Shown here piece after piece: positions 1-11,497 of a stretch of 64,000 nt of DNA. The notes below the pieces were generated by a model. It was not told where the DNA came from and did not search any database. It saw only the letters and a list, made by a program, of their open reading frames with translations. The position numbers were made by a program, and so were the translations under genes. Each line of letters starts with the position of its first letter. Position 1 is the stretch's first letter. The stretch is from an uncultured Verrucomicrobiae bacterium (lineage in GTDB: Bacteria > Verrucomicrobiota > Verrucomicrobiia > Limisphaerales > Palsa-1400), in assembly GCA_963764165.1 (NCBI GenBank), contig CAVXRD010000002.1, positions 2,944,001-3,008,000 of the forward strand. Direction: 5' to 3'.

Positions 1-2017
<2,017 letters not shown>

Positions 2018-2021
<4 letters not shown>

Positions 2022-3442
2022 GGTTTCAATTTCCGTTCGAGAATCTCGCCGACCACATTCGGATTGGCTTTGCCCTTGCTCAATTTCATGACTTGTCCCT
2101 TGAGGAAATTCAGCGCCGCGGCCTTGCCCGCTTTGTAATCCGCAACCGGTCCCGGATTGGCCGCGATGGCCTGATCGCACAATGTTTCAATCGCGCCGGA
2201 ATCGCTGACTTGTGCCCAGCCGTTTTTCTCGACGATGGCCGCCGGCTTCAAGCCGTTGTCAAACATCTCGGCGAACACTTGCTGCGCAATGGAGCTGCTG
2301 ATTTTCTTGCCCTCCACCATCTCCGCTAAGTCAAGTATATTTTCAGGCTCAAATTTCAAATCCGCCAGCGTGGCCCCCGATTCGGCGAGCTTGGCGCGGA
2401 GATTGTTGATAATCCAATTGGCGGCGGCCTTTGGATTTTTGGAGCGCGGGGCGATCTTCTCGAAATAATCGCCGAGCGGGCGATCCCACGTAAAAGTTTG
2501 CGCGTCGGACGCGGGCAATTGGTATTGCGAAATCAGCCGCTGTTTTTTGGCCAGCGGCAATTCCACCATGCGCGTGGCGACTTCCGCCTTCCACGCGTCG
2601 GTTGGCGCGAACGGCATTAAATCGGGCTCGGGAAAATACCGGTAATCGTGGGCCATCTCTTTTGAGCGCATCGTCTCGGTCATGCCGCCGACGTCGTCCC
2701 AGCGGCGGGTTTCCTGCGAGAGCTGGCCGCCCTTGTTCAAAACTTCTATTTGACGCGGAATTTCATAATCCAGCGCGCGGCGGACGGCGCTGAAACTGTT
2801 CATGTTCTTGATCTCGATTTTCTTCCCCAGCTCCGTCGTTCCGACGGGGCGGACGCTCACGTTGACATCGCAGCGAACCTCGCCTTTTTCCATGTCGCAA
2901 TCGCTGATGCCGCCGTAGCGCAGAATTTCCACCAGCGCATTCAGATATTGGTAAGCCATTTCGGAGCCGGTGAGTTCCGGTTCGGAAACGATTTCCAGCA
3001 GCGGCACGCCCGCGCGGTTGAAATCAACGCCGCTGTTGCGGTCGAAATGAAAGTTCTTGCCGACATCCTCCTCCAAGTGAGCGCGGGTGATGTTGATCTT
3101 GGCGAGCCCGCCGTTGAACTCGAATTCGACAATGCCGCCCTTGGTGGAGGGCTTGTCGTATTGGGTGACTTGATAATTCTTGGGGACGTCCGGATAGAAA
3201 TAATTCTTCCGGTCGAATTTGGCGAAAGACGGAATTTCCGCTTTCAGCAGCATACCCGTCAGCGCGGTTAATTTGAGCGCCTCGTCATTGGCGACCGGCA
3301 GCACGCCGGGCAGGCCGAGGCAGATGGGGCAAACGTTGGTGTTGGGCGGCGAGCCGAATTCATTCGCGCAGCCGCACCACATTTTGGACTTCGTCTTGAG
3401 CTGGACGTGTGTTTCCAGCCCGATCACCGCTTCGTAGTTCAC
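2018..3442 (-). CDS. gatB: Asp-tRNA(Asn)/Glu-tRNA(Gln) amidotransferase subunit B
   Basis: [50 protein letters not shown] motifs. GTG start at 3442 overlaps the glgP stop. Confidence 0.98.
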
Positions 3443-5631
3443 TTGGGTGTCGAATAAAACTTGTTGGTGTATTCCTGGACCATGCGCCAGGTGCTGTATT
3501 TGGGCACCAGCGTGACCATCGCCCGGCGGATCATTTGCAGCCATTGCCGCGGGATGCCGCGGTCGTCGCGATTGTAAAACGTCGGAATGACCTTCTCGGT
3601 GAGCGCCTTGAAAAGATTGGCGCTGTCAATACGATCCTGCTCCTCAACGGACTTCGGATTCGAATCATCGCCAATGGCGAAACCGTTGGTGCCGTCGAAT
3701 CCTTCGCGCCACCAGCCGTCCATGATGCTCAAGTTCAGGCAGCCGTGGCAGCCCGCCTTCTGGCCGCTGGTGCCGGAAGCTTCGAGCGGACGGCGCGGGT
3801 TGTTCAGCCAGATGTCGCAGCCGGAAACCATCTGGCGCGCGACGTGGATGTCGTAATTCTCGATGAACACAAGGTGCCCCTTCATCTCGCTGTATTTGCT
3901 GAGATGGATGATGCGCTGGATGTAACGCTTGCCATCGTCGTCGCGCGGATGCGCTTTGCCCGCGAAAATGAATTGGACCGGGCGGCGGCGGTCTCCGACC
4001 AATTTCACGATGTTCTCGAATTGGTCGAAAATCAGCGGCGCGCGTTTGTAGGTCGCAAAACGGCGGGCGAAACCAATTGTCAGCGCGTCCGGCTCAAGCA
4101 ATTGATCGTAAACAATAAAATCCGTCTGGCTTTGGCGCAGGCCAAGGCGGCGGCGGGCGAACTCGATCAATTCGCGGCGCAATTTATAGCGCAGCGCCCA
4201 CAATTCCTCGTCGGAAATGAAATTCGGATCAGCCAGTTTCTTCCAGAATTCCTCGGAGTGAACCTCCTTCTCCAGCGAAATTCCCGGGGCGCGCTTCCAA
4301 AACGCGGTTGATTCGCCCACAGCCACGTCGGATTCCCCGGCCGAGCCGGCCAGCTTGCGCAGCCAGAATTTCCGCACCGGGCCCTTCATCCAACCTGTCA
4401 AGTGAATGCCGTTGGTGATGTAATCGATCGGCACTTTGTCGACGGGGCGGTCCGGCCAGAGCGAATGCCACATTTCACGGCTGACGTGGCCGTGCAATTC
4501 ACTGACAGCGTTGGCCGCGCGGGAAAGCTTCAGGCCCAGCACCGTCATGCAGAAGGTCTCCGCCGCATCGGTTGCATGGACGCGGCCATAGCCCATGAAC
4601 TCTTCGAGCGGCATGCGCAACTGCTCTGCGAATCGCTTCATAGCGTAACCGACGAGGTCGCGACTGAAACGGTCGTGGCCCGCTTCCACCGGCGTGTGGG
4701 TGGTGAAAATGCATTGCTCCTTGGTCTTGGCCGCTGCGTCAGCGAGCTTCAATCCAGCCGCCAATTTTTCCCGCACCAATTCCAGAGTCAGGAAGGCCGC
4801 GTGGCCTTCGTTCATGTGGTAAACGGAAGGCTGCACGCCGAGCGCGCGCAGCAGACGAACGCCGCCTATGCCCAAAATCATTTCCTGCATGATGCGCATC
4901 GTATTGTCGCCGCCGTAAACACGCCGGGTCAAATCGCGCATGTGCTGCGGATTTTCCGGGCGATCCGCGTCAAGCAAATAGACCACCGCGCGGCCCACGT
5001 TGATGCGCCAGGCCTGGAAAAAGACATCGGACATGTCGATTTCCACCGCGCAAACGAGCGGCTTGCCCTTGGCGTCCAGCACCGGCTCCAGAGGAAGATT
5101 TTGCGGGTTGAGCAGCGTGTAATATTCCGTCTGCCAGTTGTCCTGATTGATTTGCTGCTGGAAATAGCCTTCGCGATAAAAAAGGCTGATGCCGATGAAC
5201 CCCAGGCCCAAATCGCTGGCCGACTTCGTATGGTCGCCCGCCAAAACTCCCAAGCCACCCGCCGCGATGGGAAGCGTTTCGTGAAATCCGAATTCGGCGG
5301 AAAAGTAAGCGACCGGGTTCTTGATCAAATGCGGCGCGTTCTGGCGGCCCCATGTTTCCTTGTCGGACATGTAGGTCTCAAAATCGTGCAAGACACTGCG
5401 GACGCGCGCGGCAAATTCGGGGTCTTGCAGGCGGACCCGCAATTCGTAGTCCGAAACCTCATGCATCACGGCGACGGCGTTGTGATAGAGATTCTGCCAG
5501 CAGCGTGGCGAGAGATCCAAAAAGATTTCCTGCGCGCCTTGATTCCAGGTCCACCAAATATTGTGGGCGAGGCGGTTCAGGTCGGTCGTTAGTTTCGTCA
5601 GCTCGTCTGGTGTCAAAACACTCGTCGTCAT
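3439..5631 (-). CDS. glgP: Alpha-glucan (glycogen) phosphorylase
   Basis: AYFSAEFG, GGLGVLAGD, HMNEGHAAF, FARRFATYKR and the PLP-lysine motif EASGTSGQK. Confidence 0.96.
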   Translation of the reverse strand: MTTSVLTPDELTKLTTDLNRLAHNIWWTWNQGAQEIFLDLSPRCWQNLYHNAVAVMHEVSDYELRVRLQDPEFAARVRSVLHDFETYMSDKETWGRQNAPHLIKNPVAYFSAEFGFHETLPIAAGGLGVLAGDHTKSASDLGLGFIGISLFYREGYFQQQINQDNWQTEYYTLLNPQNLPLEPVLDAKGKPLVCAVEIDMSDVFFQAWRINVGRAVVYLLDADRPENPQHMRDLTRRVYGGDNTMRIMQEMILGIGGVRLLRALGVQPSVYHMNEGHAAFLTLELVREKLAAGLKLADAAAKTKEQCIFTTHTPVEAGHDRFSRDLVGYAMKRFAEQLRMPLEEFMGYGRVHATDAAETFCMTVLGLKLSRAANAVSELHGHVSREMWHSLWPDRPVDKVPIDYITNGIHLTGWMKGPVRKFWLRKLAGSAGESDVAVGESTAFWKRAPGISLEKEVHSEEFWKKLADPNFISDEELWALRYKLRRELIEFARRRLGLRQSQTDFIVYDQLLEPDALTIGFARRFATYKRAPLIFDQFENIVKLVGDRRRPVQFIFAGKAHPRDDDGKRYIQRIIHLSKYSEMKGHLVFIENYDIHVARQMVSGCDIWLNNPRRPLEASGTSGQKAGCHGCLNLSIMDGWWREGFDGTNGFAIGDDSNPKSVEEQDRIDSANLFKALTEKVIPTFYNRDDRGIPRQWLQMIRRAMVTLVPKYSTWRMVQEYTNKFYSTPK

Positions 5632-5747
5632 AAATTGTCGGTCAACTAGCCACGCGTGGCGTTAAAGCGCAACTACTTTTAACCCGCAGTGACAGGGGGC
5701 TGGTGAAGTTTTATGGGAGGAATGGGAAGCATGGGATTTATGTGCGT

Positions 5748-6839
5748 TCACGCTTTAAGGCCGAGGCCGAGCGTTTGCTTGCAGTAGGCCAGGCTCTTCT
5801 CAAGGCCGGATTTCTGGTATTCCTTGTCTGATTCGGGGCCGGCGCTTTGGCGGTTGGGGATCATTTTGCCTTGCCGCGCAAGAGCCTCGAATTTCGCGAA
5901 ATCTTTCGCGCGCGCTTTTGGCCAGACATCCCAGAAACCCTTGCGGAAATACGGAAGGTCCTTCGTGAAGCCAGAGATAATTTCCACATTCACCGGGATG
6001 CTCGGGCACAATTCGAGAAAGCGCGGCACGAACGCCTTGTAATCAATCACGCCATCTCCCATCGCCGTCCATTGCACGGCGGCGCCCTCCGGAGTCTGCC
6101 AGACCATCGAATCGCGCAAGGCGGAGGCGGCAACGTAAGGGGCCATAATTTCGAGAGCGGCCATCGGATCTTCCATCGTCCACGTGCAATTGCCGGTGTC
6201 GAGCGTGACGCCGACGTAATCCTTGCCCGCCTCCTCGCACAAGCTGGCGATTTCCCACGCCTGCATATCGCCGGCGTGATTTTCGATGGCGATCTTGACG
6301 CCCGCATCAAGAGCCTGGCTGCGGGCGCTCTTGCAAACCTTGATCGTGTCGGCCATCCGCGCCTCGATGCCGCCGGGAGTGGTGCGATCGTCGCCCATTC
6401 CGAGAATGCAGCGGAAGGCGGGCGAGCCGAGTTCCTTGGCTACGCGAATGCCCAACTTAAGATGTTCCTCTGCCGTGCCCCATTTGTTTTTGAAATGCTT
6501 GGAAGTCTGGCAAATGCTCCATGAACCGGCATAAATGACGAGGCCGTTGTCCTCCGCCTTCTTTTTCAAATCCCGCAAATAGCCCGGTTCAAAATTTTCG
6601 TAAACATCGAGATCGGTCAGGAACAGGGAATCGAGCTTGAGAAAGGCGGCATAATCGATGAGCTGGCTGGCGTTCCATTTCAAGTCGCGCACGGAGAAAT
6701 TGTCGAAGCCGAGCCGCGTCTTGCGGGCGGGCGCTGGGTCTTCCGCCGCAGGGGCGGAGCCGGTGAGCGCGACCGCCGCGCCGGTGGCGGCGACGGTTTT
6801 GATAAAGTTTCGCCGAGTGGCGGTGGTTTCGGAGTTCAT
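5748..6839 (-). CDS. Tat-exported sugar phosphate isomerase/epimerase (xylose isomerase-like TIM barrel)
   Basis: TRRNFIK twin-arginine signal; AIENH and TLDTGN metal-binding motifs. Start placed at ATG 6839. Confidence 0.85.
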   Translation of the reverse strand: MNSETTATRRNFIKTVAATGAAVALTGSAPAAEDPAPARKTRLGFDNFSVRDLKWNASQLIDYAAFLKLDSLFLTDLDVYENFEPGYLRDLKKKAEDNGLVIYAGSWSICQTSKHFKNKWGTAEEHLKLGIRVAKELGSPAFRCILGMGDDRTTPGGIEARMADTIKVCKSARSQALDAGVKIAIENHAGDMQAWEIASLCEEAGKDYVGVTLDTGNCTWTMEDPMAALEIMAPYVAASALRDSMVWQTPEGAAVQWTAMGDGVIDYKAFVPRFLELCPSIPVNVEIISGFTKDLPYFRKGFWDVWPKARAKDFAKFEALARQGKMIPNRQSAGPESDKEYQKSGLEKSLAYCKQTLGLGLKA

Positions 6840-6846
6840 GTTGATG

Positions 6847-7485
6847 TCAGGATTTTGCGCCGGCAGGTTCCGCTTCGCCGTCTGGCGCAGGGGCTTTTTC
6901 GCCGCTTTCTTCATCGGATTCATCTTTGGCCTCTTCTTTTTCCTCGGCCTCCGCCTCGGACAATTTCATTGCGCCGACAAACAGGCCCGTGAACAAACCG
7001 CCGCTCATCAGCGTGTTACGGAAGAATTCCCAGGTTTGCGGAAACCCGGGCAGGCCGATCGTCATGGCCCGCAGCCAGCCCGCAAACGTCTTTGCGTAAC
7101 CGAGCATGAACCAGGACGCCGTGTTGGTGACGAGGTAAAAGAGCATCGCGCCGACAATCCCCCCTGTGACGAGAAGCCACCAAGGTTTCTTGCGCCCGGT
7201 CGTCCGGCCCAAGAGCATGATGCCGATGTAGGCGATATAGTTAGGCGACTGGTAAAGAATAAAGTTGCCCCACGAGAAATCGGGATAGTAAAACCTGCTT
7301 AGAACAAAGTCCGTTGCCGTCATGATGACTAGCGGAACCAGGATTCCTGCCACCCCCGGCAGGTACAAGCCCGCGCAGAAAAAGAAAGCGTAGGCGACGC
7401 TGAAATTGCCCGGCATCAACCCCGGCCACCGGCTCGCCGCAAAGACGAGCAGGAACAGCAAAGGCACTAGGAATTTCTTTTTCAC
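6847..7485 (-). CDS. Integral membrane protein, DUF6580-like putative transport protein
   Basis: Several hydrophobic helices; SR..P..P.NFS and FYLVTN..SW..GY.KTFAGW..A...GLP pattern; acidic tail. Confidence 0.7.
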   Translation of the reverse strand: MKKKFLVPLLFLLVFAASRWPGLMPGNFSVAYAFFFCAGLYLPGVAGILVPLVIMTATDFVLSRFYYPDFSWGNFILYQSPNYIAYIGIMLLGRTTGRKKPWWLLVTGGIVGAMLFYLVTNTASWFMLGYAKTFAGWLRAMTIGLPGFPQTWEFFRNTLMSGGLFTGLFVGAMKLSEAEAEEKEEAKDESDEESGEKAPAPDGEAEPAGAKS

Positions 7486-7673
7486 GATTCGAAATTAATT
7501 TCAATCACGCGGCAAGCCGGTGAAGGCTCATTCACCCCATAAACTTGAATCAACCCGCCCGCCAAAGCAAGCGGGCAGTCGGCACTTCGACAATAGCGCG
7601 ATTTGGAAACACGTGGAGCTGGATGGCGCCGGAAACCGATTTTGGAGCGAGCACCCTGGGCGACAAAACCGCA

Positions 7674-7703
7674 GGTGCAATAGGGTGCAATAGAGTGCAA
7701 CTG
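7674..7703. repeat. Three tandem 10-bp units GGTGCAATAG (third degenerate)
   Basis: ggtgcaatag ggtgcaatag agtgcaactg read directly. Confidence 0.8.
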
Positions 7704-8067
7704 TTTTCCGGCGAAACCCGGCTGAAAACGTTGAGGAACCCGAGCCGGGAGGGTGGCGAGAACTCCGTCGCTGTGGCCCGTCGAGACTTCGGCGCATGAA
7801 AGCGGAATTGCGCGCCGCTCTTCTTCCCTCCATATGACTTTGATTGCGCATGGACGCACTTTGGCACGGCTGGGGCTGAATGGAAATCCTACCAGAGTGT
7901 TTTTGGCACGATTTTTGAGAAAAATTCTGAATATTGAATTTGGAACGACCGAATCAAGGAAAAGAGCAGGCAGAAAAGGAGCAACAAGGCAGCGGGAAAT
8001 TGTAATGCAGACTTCAGGTGTAATGCCGATTTTGCATCATTACCCTAGCGTGTGGCAGGCTCTGGGC

Positions 8068-8325
8068 ATGGCGATATCAACTTTGACCGACAAGGGGCAA
8101 ACCACGGTGCCCGGAGAAATCCGCGACGCGCTAAAATTGAAACCACGCCAACGGCTGGAGTGGACCATCCGGGAAGATGGCACGGCAATGGTCCAAGCGC
8201 AGCCCAGCGCGTTAAGCCTGTTTGGCAGCCTGCGCTCGCCCAAGAAATTTCCTGGCCGAAAGAAAGAGCGCGAAGCCGCGATGCGAAGCATTGCGGAACA
8301 CGCAAATAAACCCAGCGAAAGGTAA
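8068..8325 (+). CDS. AbrB/MazE/SpoVT-family antitoxin
   Basis: STLTDKGQTTVPGEIRDALKLKP AbrB motif; immediately upstream of a PIN gene. Confidence 0.9.
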   Translation: MAISTLTDKGQTTVPGEIRDALKLKPRQRLEWTIREDGTAMVQAQPSALSLFGSLRSPKKFPGRKKEREAAMRSIAEHANKPSER

Positions 8326-8327
8326 GC

Positions 8328-8732
8328 GTGCCCCGGGAACTTGTTGACACCAATATTTTGGTTCGGTTTTTTACCCAAGAGCCGCCGGGCATGGCTGAGA
8401 GGGCGAGGAAGCTTGTCGAACGGGCCGATGAGGGCAAGACTGCCATTGTGGTGCTCCCGGTCATCATCGCTGAGACATTTTATACGCTTGAGTCTTATTA
8501 CAAAATAAAACGCACCGCGGTGGCAGAAACATTGGCGATCTTCATTCAATCGCGGGGTGTGGAAACCGTCGAGCGCGAGCGACTGCTTGACGCATTAAAC
8601 CGTTGTCGAACCCAAAATGCCCATTTTGCCGATGCCTACCTCGCAGCGTCAGCAGTGGAACTTGGAACCGGGATTGTCTCCATTGTTCGGGATTTCAACA
8701 AATTCAAGGACATCCGCCGTTCTGAGCCTTAG
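8328..8732 (+). CDS. vapC: PIN-domain toxin (VapC family)
   Basis: VDTNILVR...AET...FADAYLAA...RDF acidic PIN tetrad. Confidence 0.9.
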   Translation: MPRELVDTNILVRFFTQEPPGMAERARKLVERADEGKTAIVVLPVIIAETFYTLESYYKIKRTAVAETLAIFIQSRGVETVERERLLDALNRCRTQNAHFADAYLAASAVELGTGIVSIVRDFNKFKDIRRSEP

Positions 8733-10178
8733 GCCGAAATACGGACGGATTCCACTGGCTTCTTTGGATCCTGCACCATGGCATCCAGAATGGCCTGAAA
8801 TTCCGCGAGGAATTTGCTGATGGTGGAGGATGCAAACATCTGGGTGTTGTATTCAAAAGTGATTTCAAGCGCTGGCTCGACTCTTAGCCAGACGTTCAAA
8901 TCGTATTTTGCCGTTGGGGTGTCCACCGACGACCATTCCACTTTCAATCCTGGTATCTGCCATTGCTCTTTGGGTGCGTTTTGCAGGACGAACATCACCT
9001 GGCAGGGCGCTTGGGGGCTCCGCCCGTTCTCCTCGGCCATTTCTGTCAATAACATGCCGAGGGGCTGCTCCTGGTTGGACCATGTTTTCAGCGACACCTC
9101 CTTGACGCGGTTGAGCAGTTCGCTGAAGGTCGGGTTTCCGGACAAACTGGTGCGAAGAATGGTCGAATTGCCAAAGCGCCCGATCAATCCTTCCACTTCT
9201 TCCAGCGGACGATTGGCCACGCACGAGCCCACTCCAATCTCTTCATGGCCGGAGTAACGGTGGAGGAGGCAGGTGAATCCAGCGAGGAGAACCATGAAGA
9301 GGCTCACACGCTGCTGGCGGCACAACAAGTTCAGCGCGTCTGCTTGAGCCGCCGATAGAACCGCCTTCTGGCGGGCCCCGGCGTGAACGTTCCGTGCTGG
9401 CTGCGGAAAATCTGTTGGCAGATGCTGAAAGCCCGTCGGCGAGTCCAGTTGTTGCTTGCAATACTCTTGCTGCAATTTCCATTCCGGAGTCTGGAGCTGC
9501 TTTTGCTGCCAGCGCACGAAATCGCCGGTACTGATAACGCGCGGGGCTGCCCGACGGTGTAGTTCCTTCCGCAAACGCGCGGTAGAGCCCGCCCAATTCG
9601 TGGATCAGAACCCCGTTGGACCAATCGTCATAAGTGAGATGATGCGTTGTCAACTGCAAAACATGCTCGTCCGGCTGCAGGCGCATCAGCTTTGCGCGCA
9701 GCATCGGGCCGTTCGCCAAATAGAATGGCTGCCGGGCTTCGGCATGCGCGGCCACCTGCAATTGCTGGTTCTTTTCCCCGGCCGAACCGCTCAATTGCGT
9801 GGCGGAGAGAGCGAACGGCTGCGGAGCCAAAATAATTTGAATCAGCTTGCCTTCCATGACTCGAAAAACCGAACGCAGCACGCTGTGGCGGCGGACCAGT
9901 TCCTGAAGACTTTGCCGCAAGGCGCTTTCGTTCAGCGGGCCCCGGATGCGCAGGAGATGTGAAAAATTATAAACGGCGCTGTCCGATCCGGCCGGATCTT
10001 CAAACCATGTTCTTTGCTGGAAAAACCAAAGGGGCATTACAAAGGCATCGTCGATTTGCAGCCCCGGATTTTGCTTTCGAACGGTCGTCAGCAATTCTTC
10101 GGGGATGCTGGCGGGCTTCCGGGTTCGGTGGAACGTCTCTGGAACGCCGGCAAAAAGTTCGGTGAGGTAGGCAATCAT
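8729..10178 (-). pseudogene. Stand-alone NRPS condensation domain, split by a single extra base near 9527
   Basis: PLWFFQQRTWF, YN, RHSVLRSVF and HHLTYDDWS in one frame; GDFVRWQ, LPTDFPQP, IGRFGN, AKYDL in another. Junction reads TAC-C-GGC-GAT-TTC; removing one C gives a 482-aa ORF. Confidence 0.85.
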
Positions 10179-10179
10179 A

Positions 10180-11478
10180 TTAAATGGTCTCCTGCGGCGG
10201 GCTTGCGGTGGCGGCGCAAGTTCCAGGCGCCACCCTGGTGAGGTTGACTGGCAATGAGGTGAGGCCACGAATTCCCAGGTTGGTCCGCCAGACAAGCGGG
10301 CCGGGTTCCAGCGCCCAATGCGGGAACCGTTTCAGCATTTCTTCAAAGACAATTTGCGCTTCGACGCGGGCCAGCGGTCCGCCGAAGCAGACGTGGGCGC
10401 CCGACCCGAAGGCGACGTGGCGGTTGTCCGCTCGCGCCACATCCAGCGCGTCCGGGTTCGGAAACCGCTCGGGGTCGCGATTGGCCGCCGCCATGACGGC
10501 GATGACGGCCTGGCCCTTCCGAATCTTCTTTCCGTCGAAAAGGACTTCGTCCGGGGCGATGCGCGCTGTGTGCTGCACCGGGCTTTCGTAACGAAGCAAT
10601 TCCTCCACGGCCGAAGGGAGCAAGCCAGGGTTCCCGCGCAATTTTGCAAGCTGGCCGGGATTTCGCAGCAGCGTGAGCGTCCCGCTGGCGACCAAATTCG
10701 TGGTGGTTTCCTGGCCGCCAATCATCGTGATGATGCAATTGGCGATGACTTCCTCTTCTGTCAAACGATCACCGTTAATTTCCGCGTTCGTCAACGCGCC
10801 GACAAGCCCGTCGGGCCGCAACTTCTCTTTGCGCATGGCGGAACGAAAATAGGCTGTCATGTCCTCGGTGCTCTTGAGGATTCTCGGCACGCAATCGGCG
10901 TCGTGCTCGAAATTGCCCAGCATTTCGGCGAAATCTTCTGACCAGACCTTTAGCTGGGGATGGTCTTCCACTGGAACGCCGAGCATTTCGGCAGTCACAA
11001 TGCAAGGGAGCGGCTCGGCAAGGTCTGCAACCAGATCCACAGTTCCCTTCCCCGCCACCTTTCCGAGCAAATCGCTGACGATATCGCGTATATGCGAGCG
11101 CAACGCTTCCACGCGCTGCGGCGTAAAGGCGGCAGCCGCCAACCCCCGGATGCGCCGATGCCCCGGCGGATCCATGAATAGCATTTGCTTGACCATGATC
11201 TTGGCCATCGGAGTCAATTCGGTGAGGTCCAGGGCGGCAAGCTGTTCCGGGGTGCGAATTCGCTGCGCTGAAAAATCGCGGAGAACGCGGACCACATCCG
11301 GGTAACGCGTGACGACCCATGAATGCATGTAGGGATCCCAAAAAACAGGCTGTTCCGTGCGGAGCCTATTGTAGAGAGGATAAGGGTTGGCCAATACATT
11401 TGGGTCCAACAAATGGAAGAGGCTTAGTTCCGAAGCATCCTTGCTTGAAGTGGTTTGATTTGGTCCTTTTGTGATCAC
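10180..11478 (-). CDS. Cytochrome P450 (BioI/carrier-protein-acting type by context)
   Basis: MDPPGHRRIR, GGQETT I-helix, EELLR, and heme motif FGSGAHVCFG. Confidence 0.95.
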   Translation of the reverse strand: MITKGPNQTTSSKDASELSLFHLLDPNVLANPYPLYNRLRTEQPVFWDPYMHSWVVTRYPDVVRVLRDFSAQRIRTPEQLAALDLTELTPMAKIMVKQMLFMDPPGHRRIRGLAAAAFTPQRVEALRSHIRDIVSDLLGKVAGKGTVDLVADLAEPLPCIVTAEMLGVPVEDHPQLKVWSEDFAEMLGNFEHDADCVPRILKSTEDMTAYFRSAMRKEKLRPDGLVGALTNAEINGDRLTEEEVIANCIITMIGGQETTTNLVASGTLTLLRNPGQLAKLRGNPGLLPSAVEELLRYESPVQHTARIAPDEVLFDGKKIRKGQAVIAVMAAANRDPERFPNPDALDVARADNRHVAFGSGAHVCFGGPLARVEAQIVFEEMLKRFPHWALEPGPLVWRTNLGIRGLTSLPVNLTRVAPGTCAATASPPQETI

Positions 11479-11497
11479 GTGGAAGAAGTATGCGGGG

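Noticed and set aside
7490..7870. Possible cobalamin riboswitch upstream of the DUF6580 gene
   Set aside because: No B12-box or GCCACTG/AGYCAG core was found on reading the minus strand; an Rfam scan would be decisive.
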